Assembly: GCA_963778435.1 (NCBI GenBank)
Contig: CAVZUX010000018.1
Coordinates: forward strand, 57,250 to 121,249
Length of the DNA stretch: 64,000 nucleotides
Direction: 5' to 3'
Source: an uncultured Actinomycetota bacterium
Lineage (GTDB): Bacteria > Actinomycetota > Actinomycetes > Streptosporangiales > Streptosporangiaceae
Made by a program: the position numbers and the translations under genes. Under the pieces are notes generated by a model. The model did no database searches. It was not told the origin of the DNA and saw only the letters and a list, made by a program, of their open reading frames with translations. This document shows positions 32,026 through 41,993 of the stretch, piece by piece; within the stretch, counting starts at the first letter, position 1; every line of letters begins with the position of its first letter.

Positions 32026-32063
32026 CGCGGAAACCATCGTGAGGCACTGAAAGGAGGGATCAC

Positions 32064-34631
32064 GTGGGTGGGCACGGACCGCTGGTCATGGCGCTGGATG
32101 ACCCGGACGCCGTACCCGGCGTGGTCGGAGGCAAGGGCGCCTCGCTGGCCCGCCTCGCGCGCGGGGGATTCCACGTCCCAGCGGGGTTCTACGTGACGAC
32201 CAACGCGTACCTCGATTTCATCGATCGCGGCGGTCTGCTCGAGCCGATGCTGGCAGCCATGTCCCATGTCGATGCGTCCGACGCGGCCACGATCGACGCG
32301 GCGTCGGCGCGCATCGGTGAGCTGTTCGCCGACCGGCCGTTGCCGGCCTCGACGGCCGCGGCGATCTCCGGTGCGTACACCGGCCTCGGCGACGACGTGC
32401 CGGTCGCGGTACGGTCCTCGGCCACGGTCGAGGACCTTGCGGGCATGTCCGCTGCCGGGCAGCACGACACGTATCTCAACACCCAGGGCGAGGCGGCCGT
32501 GCTCGACGCGGTCAAGCGCTGCTGGGCGTCGCTCTGGTCGGCGCGGGCCATCGGCTACCGCGCTCGCTATGGCATCGACCCTCGCGACGTGAGCATCGCC
32601 GTCGTCGTGCAGCGGCTAGTGCTCGCAGAGGCGGCCGGCGTCATGTTCACCGTTGACCCGGTCAGCGGAGCTCATGACCAGCTCGTCATCACCGCGAACT
32701 GGGGCCTCGGCGAGTCCGTCGTCGCCGGCGACGTCATCCCCGACACCGCGGTCGTCGACCGAGCATCGGGGAGGCTCATCAGCTATCAGGCGGGCGGCAA
32801 GGAGACGATGACCGTGGCCGACGGCGCGGGCGTACGGGCGACGGACACGCCGTCCGAACTGCGTTCAGCGGCGGTGCTCTCGCCGAACCAGGCGGCCGAA
32901 CTGGCCCGGATCGGCCTGGCGATCGAAAAGCTCGATGGACAGCCGATGGACATCGAGTGGGCCCTCGCCGCGGGCGAGGTATCGGTGGTCCAGGCCCGGC
33001 CGATCACGACTGCATCCGGTTCCGGCGAACGGTGGAACGACAGCCTGGAGGGGGACTATCTGTGGAGCAACGGCAACCTGGGCGAGGCACTGCCCGACGT
33101 CATGACGCCCGCCACGTGGTCGTTCATCCAACTGTTCATGACGCGGATGACGTTCCCGCCGAGCCTGCCCGGTTACCGTGGTTACGGGCGGATCGGCGGG
33201 CGCTTCTACGCGAACGTGAGCATGTCGATCTCGCTCGAAGGCCTGGTCGGCATCTCACCGCGCCGGTTCGTCGCGCTCGTCGGCCCGGTCCTCGGCAAGC
33301 TCCCTCCGGTCGAGGAGATCCCGCGTCCGCATCTTCGTCGCTGGAAGGCCACCCGGCTGATGCTGCCCGCCACGATCGCGATGGCGCGCAGGATCAGCGC
33401 GAGCCAGAGGCGGATGTCGGAGTTCCTCGCCGACGCACCAAGCCGCTGCGACCAGCTCCGCGCAGAGATCGAGCAGACCGCCGACGCCACGACTCTGTCC
33501 CGGCTGTGGCAAGACAGGGTCCGGCCACTGATTGAGGAGACCAGTGACATGCTCGCTGCCGCGGGCGCGCATAGCACCACGCTGCTGGCCGGTCCCGGCA
33601 AGCTGGCGAAGCTGGTTGGCGAGGCCGACGCAGCCCTGCTCCTATCGGGCCAACCGGCCCGGGGCATTCCCCTGGCGAGCCTCGGCCCGGTCATCGGCCT
33701 CACTCGGCTGGCCAGGGGCGAGATCGACCGCGGCACTTACACGCGCCAGTACGGACACCGAAGCGCTCACGAGGCGGAGCTATCGATCCCGCGGCCCGCC
33801 GAAAATCCCGCCTGGATCGACGAACAGCTAGCCGTCCTCAAGGACACCACCCTCGACGCCAAGGCGATGCTGGCGAACCAGGAGGTGGCGCGCGCCGCCG
33901 CCTGGAAGCGACTGGAACAGCAAAACCCCAAGAAGGCAGTCGCGGCGCGCAACATCATCACGCGGTGGGCACCGATCGCCCGTGACCGCGAGGCGACCAG
34001 ATCCGAGGTCGTCAGGTCGATGTGGGTGACTCGTACCTGGGTACTGCGAGCCGGGGAGCTCACCGGTCACGGCGATGACCTGTTCTTTTTGGGGCTGCCG
34101 GAGATCGTCAACCTGCTCGGCGGCGACGCGGCGCCCCTCGACAAGGTGCCCTCACGCCGGGCCGCCTACGAGACCTACCGGGCGCTGCCGCCCTATCCCG
34201 CTCTGATCCGCGGCCACTTCGACCCGATCCGCTGGGCGGCCGACCCGAACCGGCGCACCGACTACTACGACGAGCACGCCGTTGCGAGCAAGCCGGCCGA
34301 CACGATCACGGGATTCCCCGGCGCCGCCGGCGTGGTCGAAGGCACTGCACGGGTAATGTGCACGCCCGAGGAAGCCGCCCAGTTCGGGGACGGGGAGATC
34401 CTCGTCACGACGGTCACCAATATCGGCTGGACTCCGATCTTCCCGCGCGCCGCCGCCGTCGTCACCGACGTCGGAGCGCCAATCTCGCACGCCGCGATCG
34501 TGGCACGCGAACTCGGCATCCCCGCGGTCGTCGGATGCGGCAACGCCACCATGCGTCTGCACAGCGGCGACTGGGTCCGGGTCGACGGCGGCAAGGGCAC
34601 CGTCGAGGTACTCCGCCCGGCATTGACATGA
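32064..34631 (+). CDS. PEP-utilising phosphotransferase with rifamycin phosphotransferase (RPH)-like architecture
   Basis: ATP-grasp VGGKGASL..AVRSSATVED..QARPITT, large central domain, C-terminal swivel domain SHAAIVARELGIP. Confidence 0.85.
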   Translation: MGGHGPLVMALDDPDAVPGVVGGKGASLARLARGGFHVPAGFYVTTNAYLDFIDRGGLLEPMLAAMSHVDASDAATIDAASARIGELFADRPLPASTAAAISGAYTGLGDDVPVAVRSSATVEDLAGMSAAGQHDTYLNTQGEAAVLDAVKRCWASLWSARAIGYRARYGIDPRDVSIAVVVQRLVLAEAAGVMFTVDPVSGAHDQLVITANWGLGESVVAGDVIPDTAVVDRASGRLISYQAGGKETMTVADGAGVRATDTPSELRSAAVLSPNQAAELARIGLAIEKLDGQPMDIEWALAAGEVSVVQARPITTASGSGERWNDSLEGDYLWSNGNLGEALPDVMTPATWSFIQLFMTRMTFPPSLPGYRGYGRIGGRFYANVSMSISLEGLVGISPRRFVALVGPVLGKLPPVEEIPRPHLRRWKATRLMLPATIAMARRISASQRRMSEFLADAPSRCDQLRAEIEQTADATTLSRLWQDRVRPLIEETSDMLAAAGAHSTTLLAGPGKLAKLVGEADAALLLSGQPARGIPLASLGPVIGLTRLARGEIDRGTYTRQYGHRSAHEAELSIPRPAENPAWIDEQLAVLKDTTLDAKAMLANQEVARAAAWKRLEQQNPKKAVAARNIITRWAPIARDREATRSEVVRSMWVTRTWVLRAGELTGHGDDLFFLGLPEIVNLLGGDAAPLDKVPSRRAAYETYRALPPYPALIRGHFDPIRWAADPNRRTDYYDEHAVASKPADTITGFPGAAGVVEGTARVMCTPEEAAQFGDGEILVTTVTNIGWTPIFPRAAAVVTDVGAPISHAAIVARELGIPAVVGCGNATMRLHSGDWVRVDGGKGTVEVLRPALT

Positions 34632-34664
34632 CGGCTCGCAGCGCCTCTGAACCGAGTCGGTAAC

Positions 34665-34760
34665 GTGGTTCGGCCATTCCTGGTCTTCAAGGGCGGAACC
34701 GCACTCCGCAAGTTGTTACGCCGGCAATGCTGGCCGGTTCTCCACTGGGATTGTTCCGTT
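34665..34760 (+). pseudogene. Fragment of a nucleotidyltransferase AbiEii-family toxin
   Basis: LVFKGGTALRK followed, after a frameshift, by YAGNAGRFST. This matches the AbiEii KGGT...RFSxD signature. Confidence 0.65.
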
Positions 34761-34792
34761 TATTCGGTTGCGCCCGCTGCGAGACTGGACGG

Positions 34793-35491
34793 GTGGATGA
34801 GTCGTGGATGCTGGATGAGCTGTCGCATGCGGGACCCGAACATCTAGACGAGGCCTTCATCGCCGGGTTCGACCGCAAGCAGGGGTATCCCGACCCGGAT
34901 GAGGACATCGCCGCGTTCGAGGCGCACGGGCTGGGCAGCGAGTCGGTGGTGGCGGACCTCGGGGCGGGGACGGGGCAGTTCGCCATCCCGGCGGCGCGGC
35001 CGTTCGGGCGGGTGATCGCGGTGGACGTGTCGCCCGCGATGCTGGTCGCGCTCCGCGCCAGGGCAGACCGTGAGAGCCTCGCCAACCTGACGGTCGAGCG
35101 GGCCGGTTTCCTCGGCTTCTCCCCCGGCTCGCCGGTGGACGGCGTCTTCACCCGGAACGCGTTGCACCAGCTCCCTGACTTCTGGAAGGCGGTCGCGCTG
35201 CAGCGGATCGCGGACATGCTCAGGCCGGGCGGGGTGCTCCGGCTGCGGGACCTGGTGTATGACTTCGCGCCCGCTGAGGCCGAGGAGATATTCGCGGGCT
35301 GGTTCGCCGCCGCCGCGACGGACCCGGCTGCCGGTTACACGGCCGCAGACTACGCGGAGCACATTCGCACCGAGTACAGCACCTTCCGCTGGCTGCTCGA
35401 GCCGATGCTCGCGGCGGCGGGGTTCGAGATCACCGACGTCAGCTACGAGCGGCGGCTTTACGGCGCTTACACCTGCGTCAAGATCGGCTAA
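34793..35491 (+). CDS. Class I SAM-dependent methyltransferase
   Basis: ADLGAGTG, AVDVSPAML, NALHQLPDFWK, LRPGG. Confidence 0.85.
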   Translation: MDESWMLDELSHAGPEHLDEAFIAGFDRKQGYPDPDEDIAAFEAHGLGSESVVADLGAGTGQFAIPAARPFGRVIAVDVSPAMLVALRARADRESLANLTVERAGFLGFSPGSPVDGVFTRNALHQLPDFWKAVALQRIADMLRPGGVLRLRDLVYDFAPAEAEEIFAGWFAAAATDPAAGYTAADYAEHIRTEYSTFRWLLEPMLAAAGFEITDVSYERRLYGAYTCVKIG

Positions 35492-35547
35492 CGAAGCTGC
35501 GCCGGGGACGGTGTAAGGCGTGTTGGGTGCGGGCTCCCGCGTCCGGA

Positions 35548-35985
35548 TTACGGTGCTTGCTCGTCTGGATCGGCCTCGACACGGGCCTTGAGGGCTTGGT
35601 TGAGCGCCTGGAAGCTGGTCTCGGTGCGGGCGACGGATTGAGCGACAGCCAGGATGCCGCCGACGGTCTCGGTCTGCACCAGGTGGGTGCCGCCGTCCGC
35701 CGGGGTCAAGACGAAGCTGTGCTCGCCGCTGATGATTCCGGGCAGGCTCGACGTCCACCGCAGTTCCGCACCTTCGTCGGCGACGGTGATCATGGGCTTG
35801 ACGGTCATCACGCGGCCATTGACCGGATGGACGGCGCGGAGCGTGATCCTGCTCCCAACGGCCACCTGCCCGGACGCCTCGGGGAAGAGCGGGTTCCACT
35901 CCGGATACCGGCCCAGGTCAGTCAGGACCGCCCACACGGCGGTCGGCGAGGCGTCAATCTGGATGGTCGCCGACATGGTCTTCAT
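35548..35985 (-). CDS. SRPBCC (polyketide cyclase/START) domain protein
   Basis: IDASPTAVWAVLTDLGRYPEWNP, GEHSF, ALKARVE. Confidence 0.85.
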   Translation of the reverse strand: MKTMSATIQIDASPTAVWAVLTDLGRYPEWNPLFPEASGQVAVGSRITLRAVHPVNGRVMTVKPMITVADEGAELRWTSSLPGIISGEHSFVLTPADGGTHLVQTETVGGILAVAQSVARTETSFQALNQALKARVEADPDEQAP

Positions 35986-36139
35986 ACCAGCCACTTAAGC
36001 AGGCCCGCGCCAGAAAAACGAGTTGCTCCCCAGGCCCCAGGCACAGCACTGTTGTGGGGCGACCGACTCTGCAGGCCTGCTGGCCGCTTACCACCGCGCG
36101 GCGCTGAACGCAGCACTGAGCGCAGCACTGAACGCGCCG

Positions 36140-37389
36140 CTAAACGCGGGCGGCGCGACGCAGCAGATGCGCTCGCTCGCTGTCGTTAGCGGTGAGCGCC
36201 GCGGCGCGCTCGAATTCAGCGCGGGCCTGCGCGGGGCACCCGAGGCGCGCGAGCAGGTCGGCGCGGACCGCGGGGAGCAGGTGGTAACCGCGCAGGGCAG
36301 GGTCGTCGGCCAGCGAGTCGACGATGGCCAGGGCAGCGGCCGGGCCATCGGACATCGAGACGGCGACGGCGCGGTTGAGCTCGATGACCGGGGACGGGGT
36401 GAGCCTGCCGAGAGCTTCGTACAGCGCCGCGATGCGGGGCCAGTCGGTGTCGGCGGCGGCGAAGGCCCGGGCGTGGCAGGCGGCGAGCTCCGCCTGGATA
36501 ACGTACGGGCCAGCCGGCGGCCGTTCAGCAAGCGCACCGCGTGCGCCAGCGCCGCCAGACCGTGCGTGATGAGCAGCCGATTCCACCGGCCGCGATCCTG
36601 TTCAAGCAGCGTGATCGGCTCGCCGCCCGGTCCGGAGCGCGCCGGGATGCGAGACGCCTGGATCTCCATCAGCGCGACAAGCCCGTGCGCCTCCGGCTCT
36701 TCCGATGCCAACGCGGAGAGCATCCGGCCCAGGCGCATCGCCTCATCGCAGAGCTCCGCCCGGTACCAGGACTCCCCCGCCGTCGCCGCGTAGCCCTCGT
36801 TGAAGATGAGGTAGACGACCTCAAGGACGGAGGCGAACCGCGGGTTGAGCTCCGCGCCGACCGGCACCTCGAAGGGCACCTTGGCGGCGGCGAGCGCCTT
36901 CTTCGCCCTGGTGATCCGCGCCGCCATCGTCGGCACCGGGACCAGGAACGCGCGCGCGACCTGTTCGGTCGACAGGCCGCCGACCAGCTTGAGGGTCAGC
37001 GCCACCCGCCCGTCGCGAGGCAGCACCGGGTGGCAGGCCGTGAAGATCAGCCGGAGCACGTCATCGGTGACGTGAGTGTCGAATTCGATCTCGTCCATCG
37101 GGTCCTCGCACGCCGCCGGCCCAGCTTCACGGCCGAGCTCCTCGACCTTCCGCTCGAAAGTCAGCGCGCGTCGCACGCCGTCGACGTAACGGCGGCGCGC
37201 GACCGCGGTGAGCCACGCTCCCGGGTTGTCGGGCACGCCGTCAGACGGCCACTGCTCAAGCGCCGCGACCAGCGCGTCCTGCGCCAGGTCCTCGGCGAGC
37301 CCGACATCACCGGTCACCCGGGCGAGCGCGGCGATGAGCCGCGCAGACTCGATCCGCCAGACCGCCTCGATGGTCGGCTGCACCGACAA
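36140..37389 (-). CDS. ECF sigma factor with TPR-like C-terminal extension (ECF42-type; frameshift at ~36520)
   Basis: LAEDLAQDAL, DDVLRLIFTACHP, LIFNEGY, GPYVIQAELAACH, DWPRIAALY. Adjacent to a DGPF gene. Confidence 0.88.
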
Positions 37390-37398
37390 CGGCGGCGC

Positions 37399-37830
37399 CT
37401 ACCCCTCGGTGGTGGCCTCGGTCTGAGCGCGCAGCCGCGCCTCGTTCTCCATGATCTCCGGCGGCAGCTGGCCCTCGAAGTCGGCCGGCTCGAGAATCCG
37501 GCGCAGCTCCACCGTCTGGCCGCGGAACGGGGCGCGCCGCAGCCACTCGACCGCCTCCTCCATCGAGGAGACCTGCCAGATCCAGAACCCGCCGACGATC
37601 TCCTTCGCCTCGGCGAACGGACCGTCGATGACCCGCGATCGGTCGCCGTCGGCCGCGAAGTCCAGGCGCTTGCCGTGCGACGACGGCTCGAGCCCCTCGC
37701 CGGCCAGCATGACCCCCGCCTTGACCAGCTCCTCGTTGTACTTGCCCATCGCCTCGAACTCGTCGACGTGGCCTGCGTAGTCGCCCTGCTCGCTGTCCTC
37801 CGTGGCATGGACGAGCACCATCACGCGCAT
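37399..37830 (-). CDS. YciI/DGPF family protein
   Basis: YNEELVKAGVMLAGEGL, DGPFAEAKE, GFWIWQV. Confidence 0.9.
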   Translation of the reverse strand: MRVMVLVHATEDSEQGDYAGHVDEFEAMGKYNEELVKAGVMLAGEGLEPSSHGKRLDFAADGDRSRVIDGPFAEAKEIVGGFWIWQVSSMEEAVEWLRRAPFRGQTVELRRILEPADFEGQLPPEIMENEARLRAQTEATTEG

Positions 37831-37920
37831 CTGTATCTCCTCTCCCCGGCCGGACGTTCCGGCTCACTGACACGTCGAACGGCAGCGCGCGGATTCGACA
37901 CGCCCCCCGAGATTCTTCAA

Positions 37921-38388
37921 TCAAAAATCAGTTTCCTCCCGAACGGTCCCGTGGCTTTGCCCATCCAGCCCCCGTGCATCTAGCCACTGCGCAGCTCGTC
38001 GAGGCGAGGCGCGCGCGAGCCAGGCGTCCTGCACCACCTCGGCGAGCTCGCCGAAACTGAGGTTGGGCAGGTCCTTCCCGCGGATAAGGACCGACAGGTG
38101 GCCGTCGAAGTGCGGCGTCGTGAAGAACGGCGAGTCTTCGTCGTCGATGAGCGCCTGCTTGTCGGCCTCGTCCGCGACCCAGAAAACGATCACGTCGTCA
38201 TACCGTTCCCCGGTCACCGGATCGACGACGTCGGGGCGCGGGTTGCGGAAAAACACGAACGACTTCCCGCCGACCTGGTAGACCGGCGGTCCCCCCTGCG
38301 GACCGCCCCACCGGGTGACATACGGCATCGCCATCGCGAGCTCATGCACATCGTCGACGCTCGCCGGCCGAATATCCGGGGCGACCAT
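37921..38388 (-). CDS. MmcQ/YjbR family DNA-binding protein
   Basis: VYQVGGKSFVFFR, PFFTTPHFDGH, QDAWLARA. Confidence 0.8.
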   Translation of the reverse strand: MVAPDIRPASVDDVHELAMAMPYVTRWGGPQGGPPVYQVGGKSFVFFRNPRPDVVDPVTGERYDDVIVFWVADEADKQALIDDEDSPFFTTPHFDGHLSVLIRGKDLPNLSFGELAEVVQDAWLARASPRRAAQWLDARGLDGQSHGTVREETDF

Positions 38389-38648
38389 ACCCCAAGCATA
38401 GGCCCGGCGCGACGCCGAGTGCCTGGTCGCCACGGCGGCGGATGACGGCGCGATGAGTTGACGCCGGCCGCTCACCCGATCAGCGGCGGGTTCGATGGTT
38501 CCCGGCTGGACTCGCCGGAGGAGCGCCGCGTGGCCCGACACCGACGTTATGACGTGTATTTCTTCCAAGATCTCTTGCGTGACTCACCACGCGTAGCCGC
38601 CTGAGGCTACGTGACGGCCTGCAGACGGCACCCTGACCTTCAGAGAGC

Positions 38649-38690
38649 CCGATGCCCGCCCGACATTTCCCAAAGTCGGGCGGGCATCGG
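38649..38690. terminator. Hairpin terminator downstream of the arylsulfotransferase gene
   Basis: CCGATGCCCGCCCGAC ... GTCGGGCGGGCATCGG. Confidence 0.7.
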
Positions 38691-38699
38691 CTTGGGAGA

Positions 38700-39953
38700 C
38701 TAGTGGTGCGTCTGCTGGGGTGCGGGGTTCCAGGGGAGGCGGTAGGCGCGGTAGGAGTTGACGCCGGTCGGGAACTCGGCGTTGAAGGTGAGCTTGCCGG
38801 AGGGGCTGAACTCCGAGAAGTAAGGCAGCGCGCCCCAGCCGACGAACAGGCCGCCGTCGCCGAGCAGCTGCGCGTTGCCCTGGGAGGGGGCGCTCAGGCC
38901 TTCCGGCTGGTTGTCGGACTTGATCAGGGTCGCGACGTGGGTGCGGACGTTGAGCTTGACGGTGATCGCGCGGCTGTAGGGGAGATCGACCAGGATGTCG
39001 GTCGGGGTGTTGGCGGTGCCCGCCGCGTCGTTGTCGAAGAACGTGTAGATGCCGTTACCGTGCGCCTCGGGGTCGTGCTGCCAGGCGAAGATCTCCCCGG
39101 CGCTGTCGAGGACCTGGCCCTTGGCGGCCTTGACGGTGAACGAGCTGTCCTTGCCGCCGAGCTGCCATTCGATCTTGCCGGTGCGCGGCGAGACCTCGTA
39201 CGTGGTCCAGGTGTCGCGAGCGTCGATGAGCAGGTTGCCGTTGGTGTCCAGCTTGACGGCGTTGAGGTGGAACCAGTCCCACGGGGTGGACGCGGTCGCC
39301 GGCAGCGGCTGCTCGCTCTGCGCGTACGGCACATGGTCGGCGCTGTTCCACTGGAAGAGCACCTTGCCGGTCTTGATGTTGATCTCCTGCACGATGCCGT
39401 TGATGACCGTCTGGTCGGCGGGGCCGCCGATCGAGGTCAGGTTCGCGGTCGCGGTGGTGTAGGAGATGGTCAATGCGGTGTTCTGCGGCGTGATGAGGAG
39501 CTCGTGGCCGTCGGCTGAGTAGCCGTTGCCGTCCTTGACGGTGGCGATCAGCTTGTAGTGGTCGTTATAGATGTAATCGGCGCCGGTCGACACGCCACCG
39601 AGTCCTGTGCCCTGCCAGAAGGTCAGCACGGGCTTGCCGTCGTAGGTCTGCGTCCGGAAATCCGCGTCCTCCTGCCCGGTCGGCGCCCGGTGGAACCAGA
39701 TGACCTTCTTGCCGTTCGGGCTGAGGATCTCCGCGCCGTTGGCGTACGTGGTCGCGTCGCCGAACGGGGCGATGAAGATGTCGCCGCCCTTATCGCCGGC
39801 CGTGTCGGTGAGGATCTTGACCGGTGGTGGCTGAAGCGTGCTCGTGGCCGTCTTCGTCGCGGCGGACGCGGCGGGCACCGTCGCGGCCACCGCCATGACC
39901 GCGACGGCCGCGGCCCCTGTTAGCACGCCAGTAGCCCAGGTTTTCTTGCGCAT
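38700..39953 (-). CDS. Secreted arylsulfotransferase (ASST) family protein
   Basis: Signal peptide, QTYDGKPVLTFWQG, DGHEL, DWFHLNAV, WQLGG, WQHD, SQGNAQ, YRAYR. Confidence 0.85.
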   Translation of the reverse strand: MRKKTWATGVLTGAAAVAVMAVAATVPAASAATKTATSTLQPPPVKILTDTAGDKGGDIFIAPFGDATTYANGAEILSPNGKKVIWFHRAPTGQEDADFRTQTYDGKPVLTFWQGTGLGGVSTGADYIYNDHYKLIATVKDGNGYSADGHELLITPQNTALTISYTTATANLTSIGGPADQTVINGIVQEINIKTGKVLFQWNSADHVPYAQSEQPLPATASTPWDWFHLNAVKLDTNGNLLIDARDTWTTYEVSPRTGKIEWQLGGKDSSFTVKAAKGQVLDSAGEIFAWQHDPEAHGNGIYTFFDNDAAGTANTPTDILVDLPYSRAITVKLNVRTHVATLIKSDNQPEGLSAPSQGNAQLLGDGGLFVGWGALPYFSEFSPSGKLTFNAEFPTGVNSYRAYRLPWNPAPQQTHH

Positions 39954-40060
39954 CGTTGCATGACTCCCGTCACCAGTTGATCATTCCAGCGCCGCTACTA
40001 TATCGACCTATTTAGTAGGAAACTAGAGGGAATAGAGGTTTAGGAGTTGGAGTCTGGTGC

Positions 40061-40225
40061 TTCGGGTTCGGTGCCTCGGGCTTGGCGCATCGGGTTCGAT
40101 GACTAGGGCTTGTGGTTCGGGTTCGGCCTGCCTCGGGCTTAGTGCATCTGGTTCGATGACTCGGGCGCTTGCGCTTCGGGTTCGGCGCCTCGGGCTGGGC
40201 GCCTCGGGCTGGGCGCCTCGGCTGG
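40061..40225. repeat. Degenerate tandem repeat (~57-bp units built from 15-bp CGGGTTCGG/GCGCCTCGGGCT subunits)
   Basis: TTCGGGTTCGG..GCCTCGGGCT occurs three times. Confidence 0.75.
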
Positions 40226-40792
40226 TCAGACGTGCTCCATGATGATCACGCCCGAGGTGTCCGACTCCAGGGCGTCGAAGACGTGCGGGACGTCCGATGG
40301 GTAGCGGAGGTAGTCGCCGGGACCGAGCTCCACGGCCTCGCCCTCCGGGCCGGCCAGCACGCGGCCGCTGCCGAGTATCAGGTGCTCCGTGGTGCCGGGC
40401 ATGTGCGGGGGTGCCAGATGGGGCGCGCCGGGCTGCCCGATGACGCGGTAGATGTCGCGGCGCGCGCCTGGCGGGCAGGACGCGAGCATCGCCGCATCGT
40501 AGGCGGCGCGCTCGGCGTGCATGACTGGCCCCTCCCCCGCGCGGATCACCTGGATACCCTGCCGGGGCGGATCGACCAGACGACTGAGCGGGATGCCGAG
40601 CGCCTGGGCGAGGGCCCAGAGCGTCTCCAGGGACGGGTTGCCGGCGCCGTTCTCCAGCTGGGACAGGGTCGATTTGGCGACGCCGGCCCGCCTGGCGAGG
40701 TCGGTCAGGCTCAGCCCGGATCGCGCCCGCTCGCGGCGCAACGACATCGAGATCAGCGCGACGACGTCCGCCGCGGTGGCCGCTTCTGACAC
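40226..40792 (-). CDS. XRE-cupin transcriptional regulator
   Basis: LSLTDLARRAGVAKSTLSQLENGAGNPSLETL HTH and cupin ELGPGDYLRYPSDVPH. Confidence 0.9.
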   Translation of the reverse strand: MSEAATAADVVALISMSLRRERARSGLSLTDLARRAGVAKSTLSQLENGAGNPSLETLWALAQALGIPLSRLVDPPRQGIQVIRAGEGPVMHAERAAYDAAMLASCPPGARRDIYRVIGQPGAPHLAPPHMPGTTEHLILGSGRVLAGPEGEAVELGPGDYLRYPSDVPHVFDALESDTSGVIIMEHV

Positions 40793-40813
40793 GTGTTCGC
40801 TCCAGACTCCCGA

Positions 40814-40860
40814 CCGTTCGGTTTGACGAACGGACGCAATCGTGTTCATTATATTGAACA
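40814..40860. promoter_or_regulatory. Two GTTC-N8-GAAC palindromes: likely XRE operators between divergent genes
   Basis: CCGTTCG-GTTTGA-CGAACGG and TGTTCA-TTATAT-TGAACA. Confidence 0.65.
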
Positions 40861-41993
40861 TGAGTCCTTTGTGGCGAACAAGCGGATCAACGTTGCCGCG
40901 TGAATCGACGCCGCCGCTGGGATCGACGCCGCCGCGGGGATCGACGCCGCAACGCGGATCGACGTTGCTTCGCGATGTCGCGCTCGTGTGCCTGGCCGAC
41001 GGGCTGGTCGGCGTGTCGTTTGGCGCGACGACGGTGGCCGGCCACCTTCCCTGGTGGGTCCCGGTCGCGATGTCACTGCTCGTCTTCGCGGGCGGTTCGC
41101 AGTTGGCGGCGGTTGGCGTGGTCCTGGCCGGCGGCAGCGCCTTCGCGGCCGTCGCGGCGGGCGCCGTGCTGAACACAAGGCTGCTCCCCTACGGCTTCGC
41201 CGTCGCTGATGTCGTCGGACCACGCGAGCACGCCGACCCTGACCACGTCGACGCCAACCACGCTGACGCTAACCGCGGTAACCCTAACCACGCTGACGCC
41301 AACCACGTCGACGCCAACCACGGTGACCCTAACCACGTCGAAACTAACCGCGCTGCCCGGCGCCCCGCCGACCCGCTCCGGACCCGCCGGGTCAACACCC
41401 GCCCGGTCCGCTGGCGTTGGCTGATCCGCCTGCTTGGCGCGCAGGTGATCACCGACGAGTCCACCGCGTTCGCGCTGCGCCAGACCGATCCGGCGCGCCG
41501 CCGGGCGGCGTTCTGGACCTGCGGCCTGACCCTGTTCGCCGTCTGGAACGTGTCCGTGCTGCTTGGTGTGCTCGCGGGATCGGTGGTGCGGAACACGGAC
41601 GCGTTCGGCCTCGACGCGACGTTCCCCGCCGTGGTGATCGCGCTCGCGCTGCCCGCGCTCGCCGACCTCCGTACCCGGTTCTCCGCTGGGACAGGCGCGG
41701 TGATCGCCGTCGCGCTCACGCCGGTGGTGCCCGCCGGCCTGCCCGTGCTCGCGGCCCTAGCCGGCCTGGCCACCGGCTGGCGACCGCGCCGCCGGACGAC
41801 GACCCACCCGGTGCCTGCCTGCACGACGACCGACCCTACGTCTGCCCGCGCGACGCCGCGCTCGGCGAATGCCCGGACGACGCACCCGACGAGCGCTGGG
41901 TCGACGACGCACCCGACAAGCGACCAGACGACGGCGCACCCGACGAACGCCCACTCGACGGCGCACCCGACGTGTGACAGGGGAGAACTCTGA
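40860..41993 (+). CDS. AzlC family branched-chain amino acid exporter permease with repeat insertions
   Basis: MSLLVFAGGSQL, LNTRLLPYG, ITDESTAFA, FGLDATFPA. Confidence 0.85.
   Translation: MSPLWRTSGSTLPRESTPPLGSTPPRGSTPQRGSTLLRDVALVCLADGLVGVSFGATTVAGHLPWWVPVAMSLLVFAGGSQLAAVGVVLAGGSAFAAVAAGAVLNTRLLPYGFAVADVVGPREHADPDHVDANHADANRGNPNHADANHVDANHGDPNHVETNRAARRPADPLRTRRVNTRPVRWRWLIRLLGAQVITDESTAFALRQTDPARRRAAFWTCGLTLFAVWNVSVLLGVLAGSVVRNTDAFGLDATFPAVVIALALPALADLRTRFSAGTGAVIAVALTPVVPAGLPVLAALAGLATGWRPRRRTTTHPVPACTTTDPTSARATPRSANARTTHPTSAGSTTHPTSDQTTAHPTNAHSTAHPTCDRGEL

Noticed and set aside
8100..40000. An integron-like cassette array
   Set aside because: There is no integrase, genes lie on both strands, and there are no regularly spaced attC-like sites. 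The repeats are reported separately.
40061..41975. Repeat clusters read as a CRISPR array
   Set aside because: The units are contiguous tandem repeats with no unique spacers of constant length.
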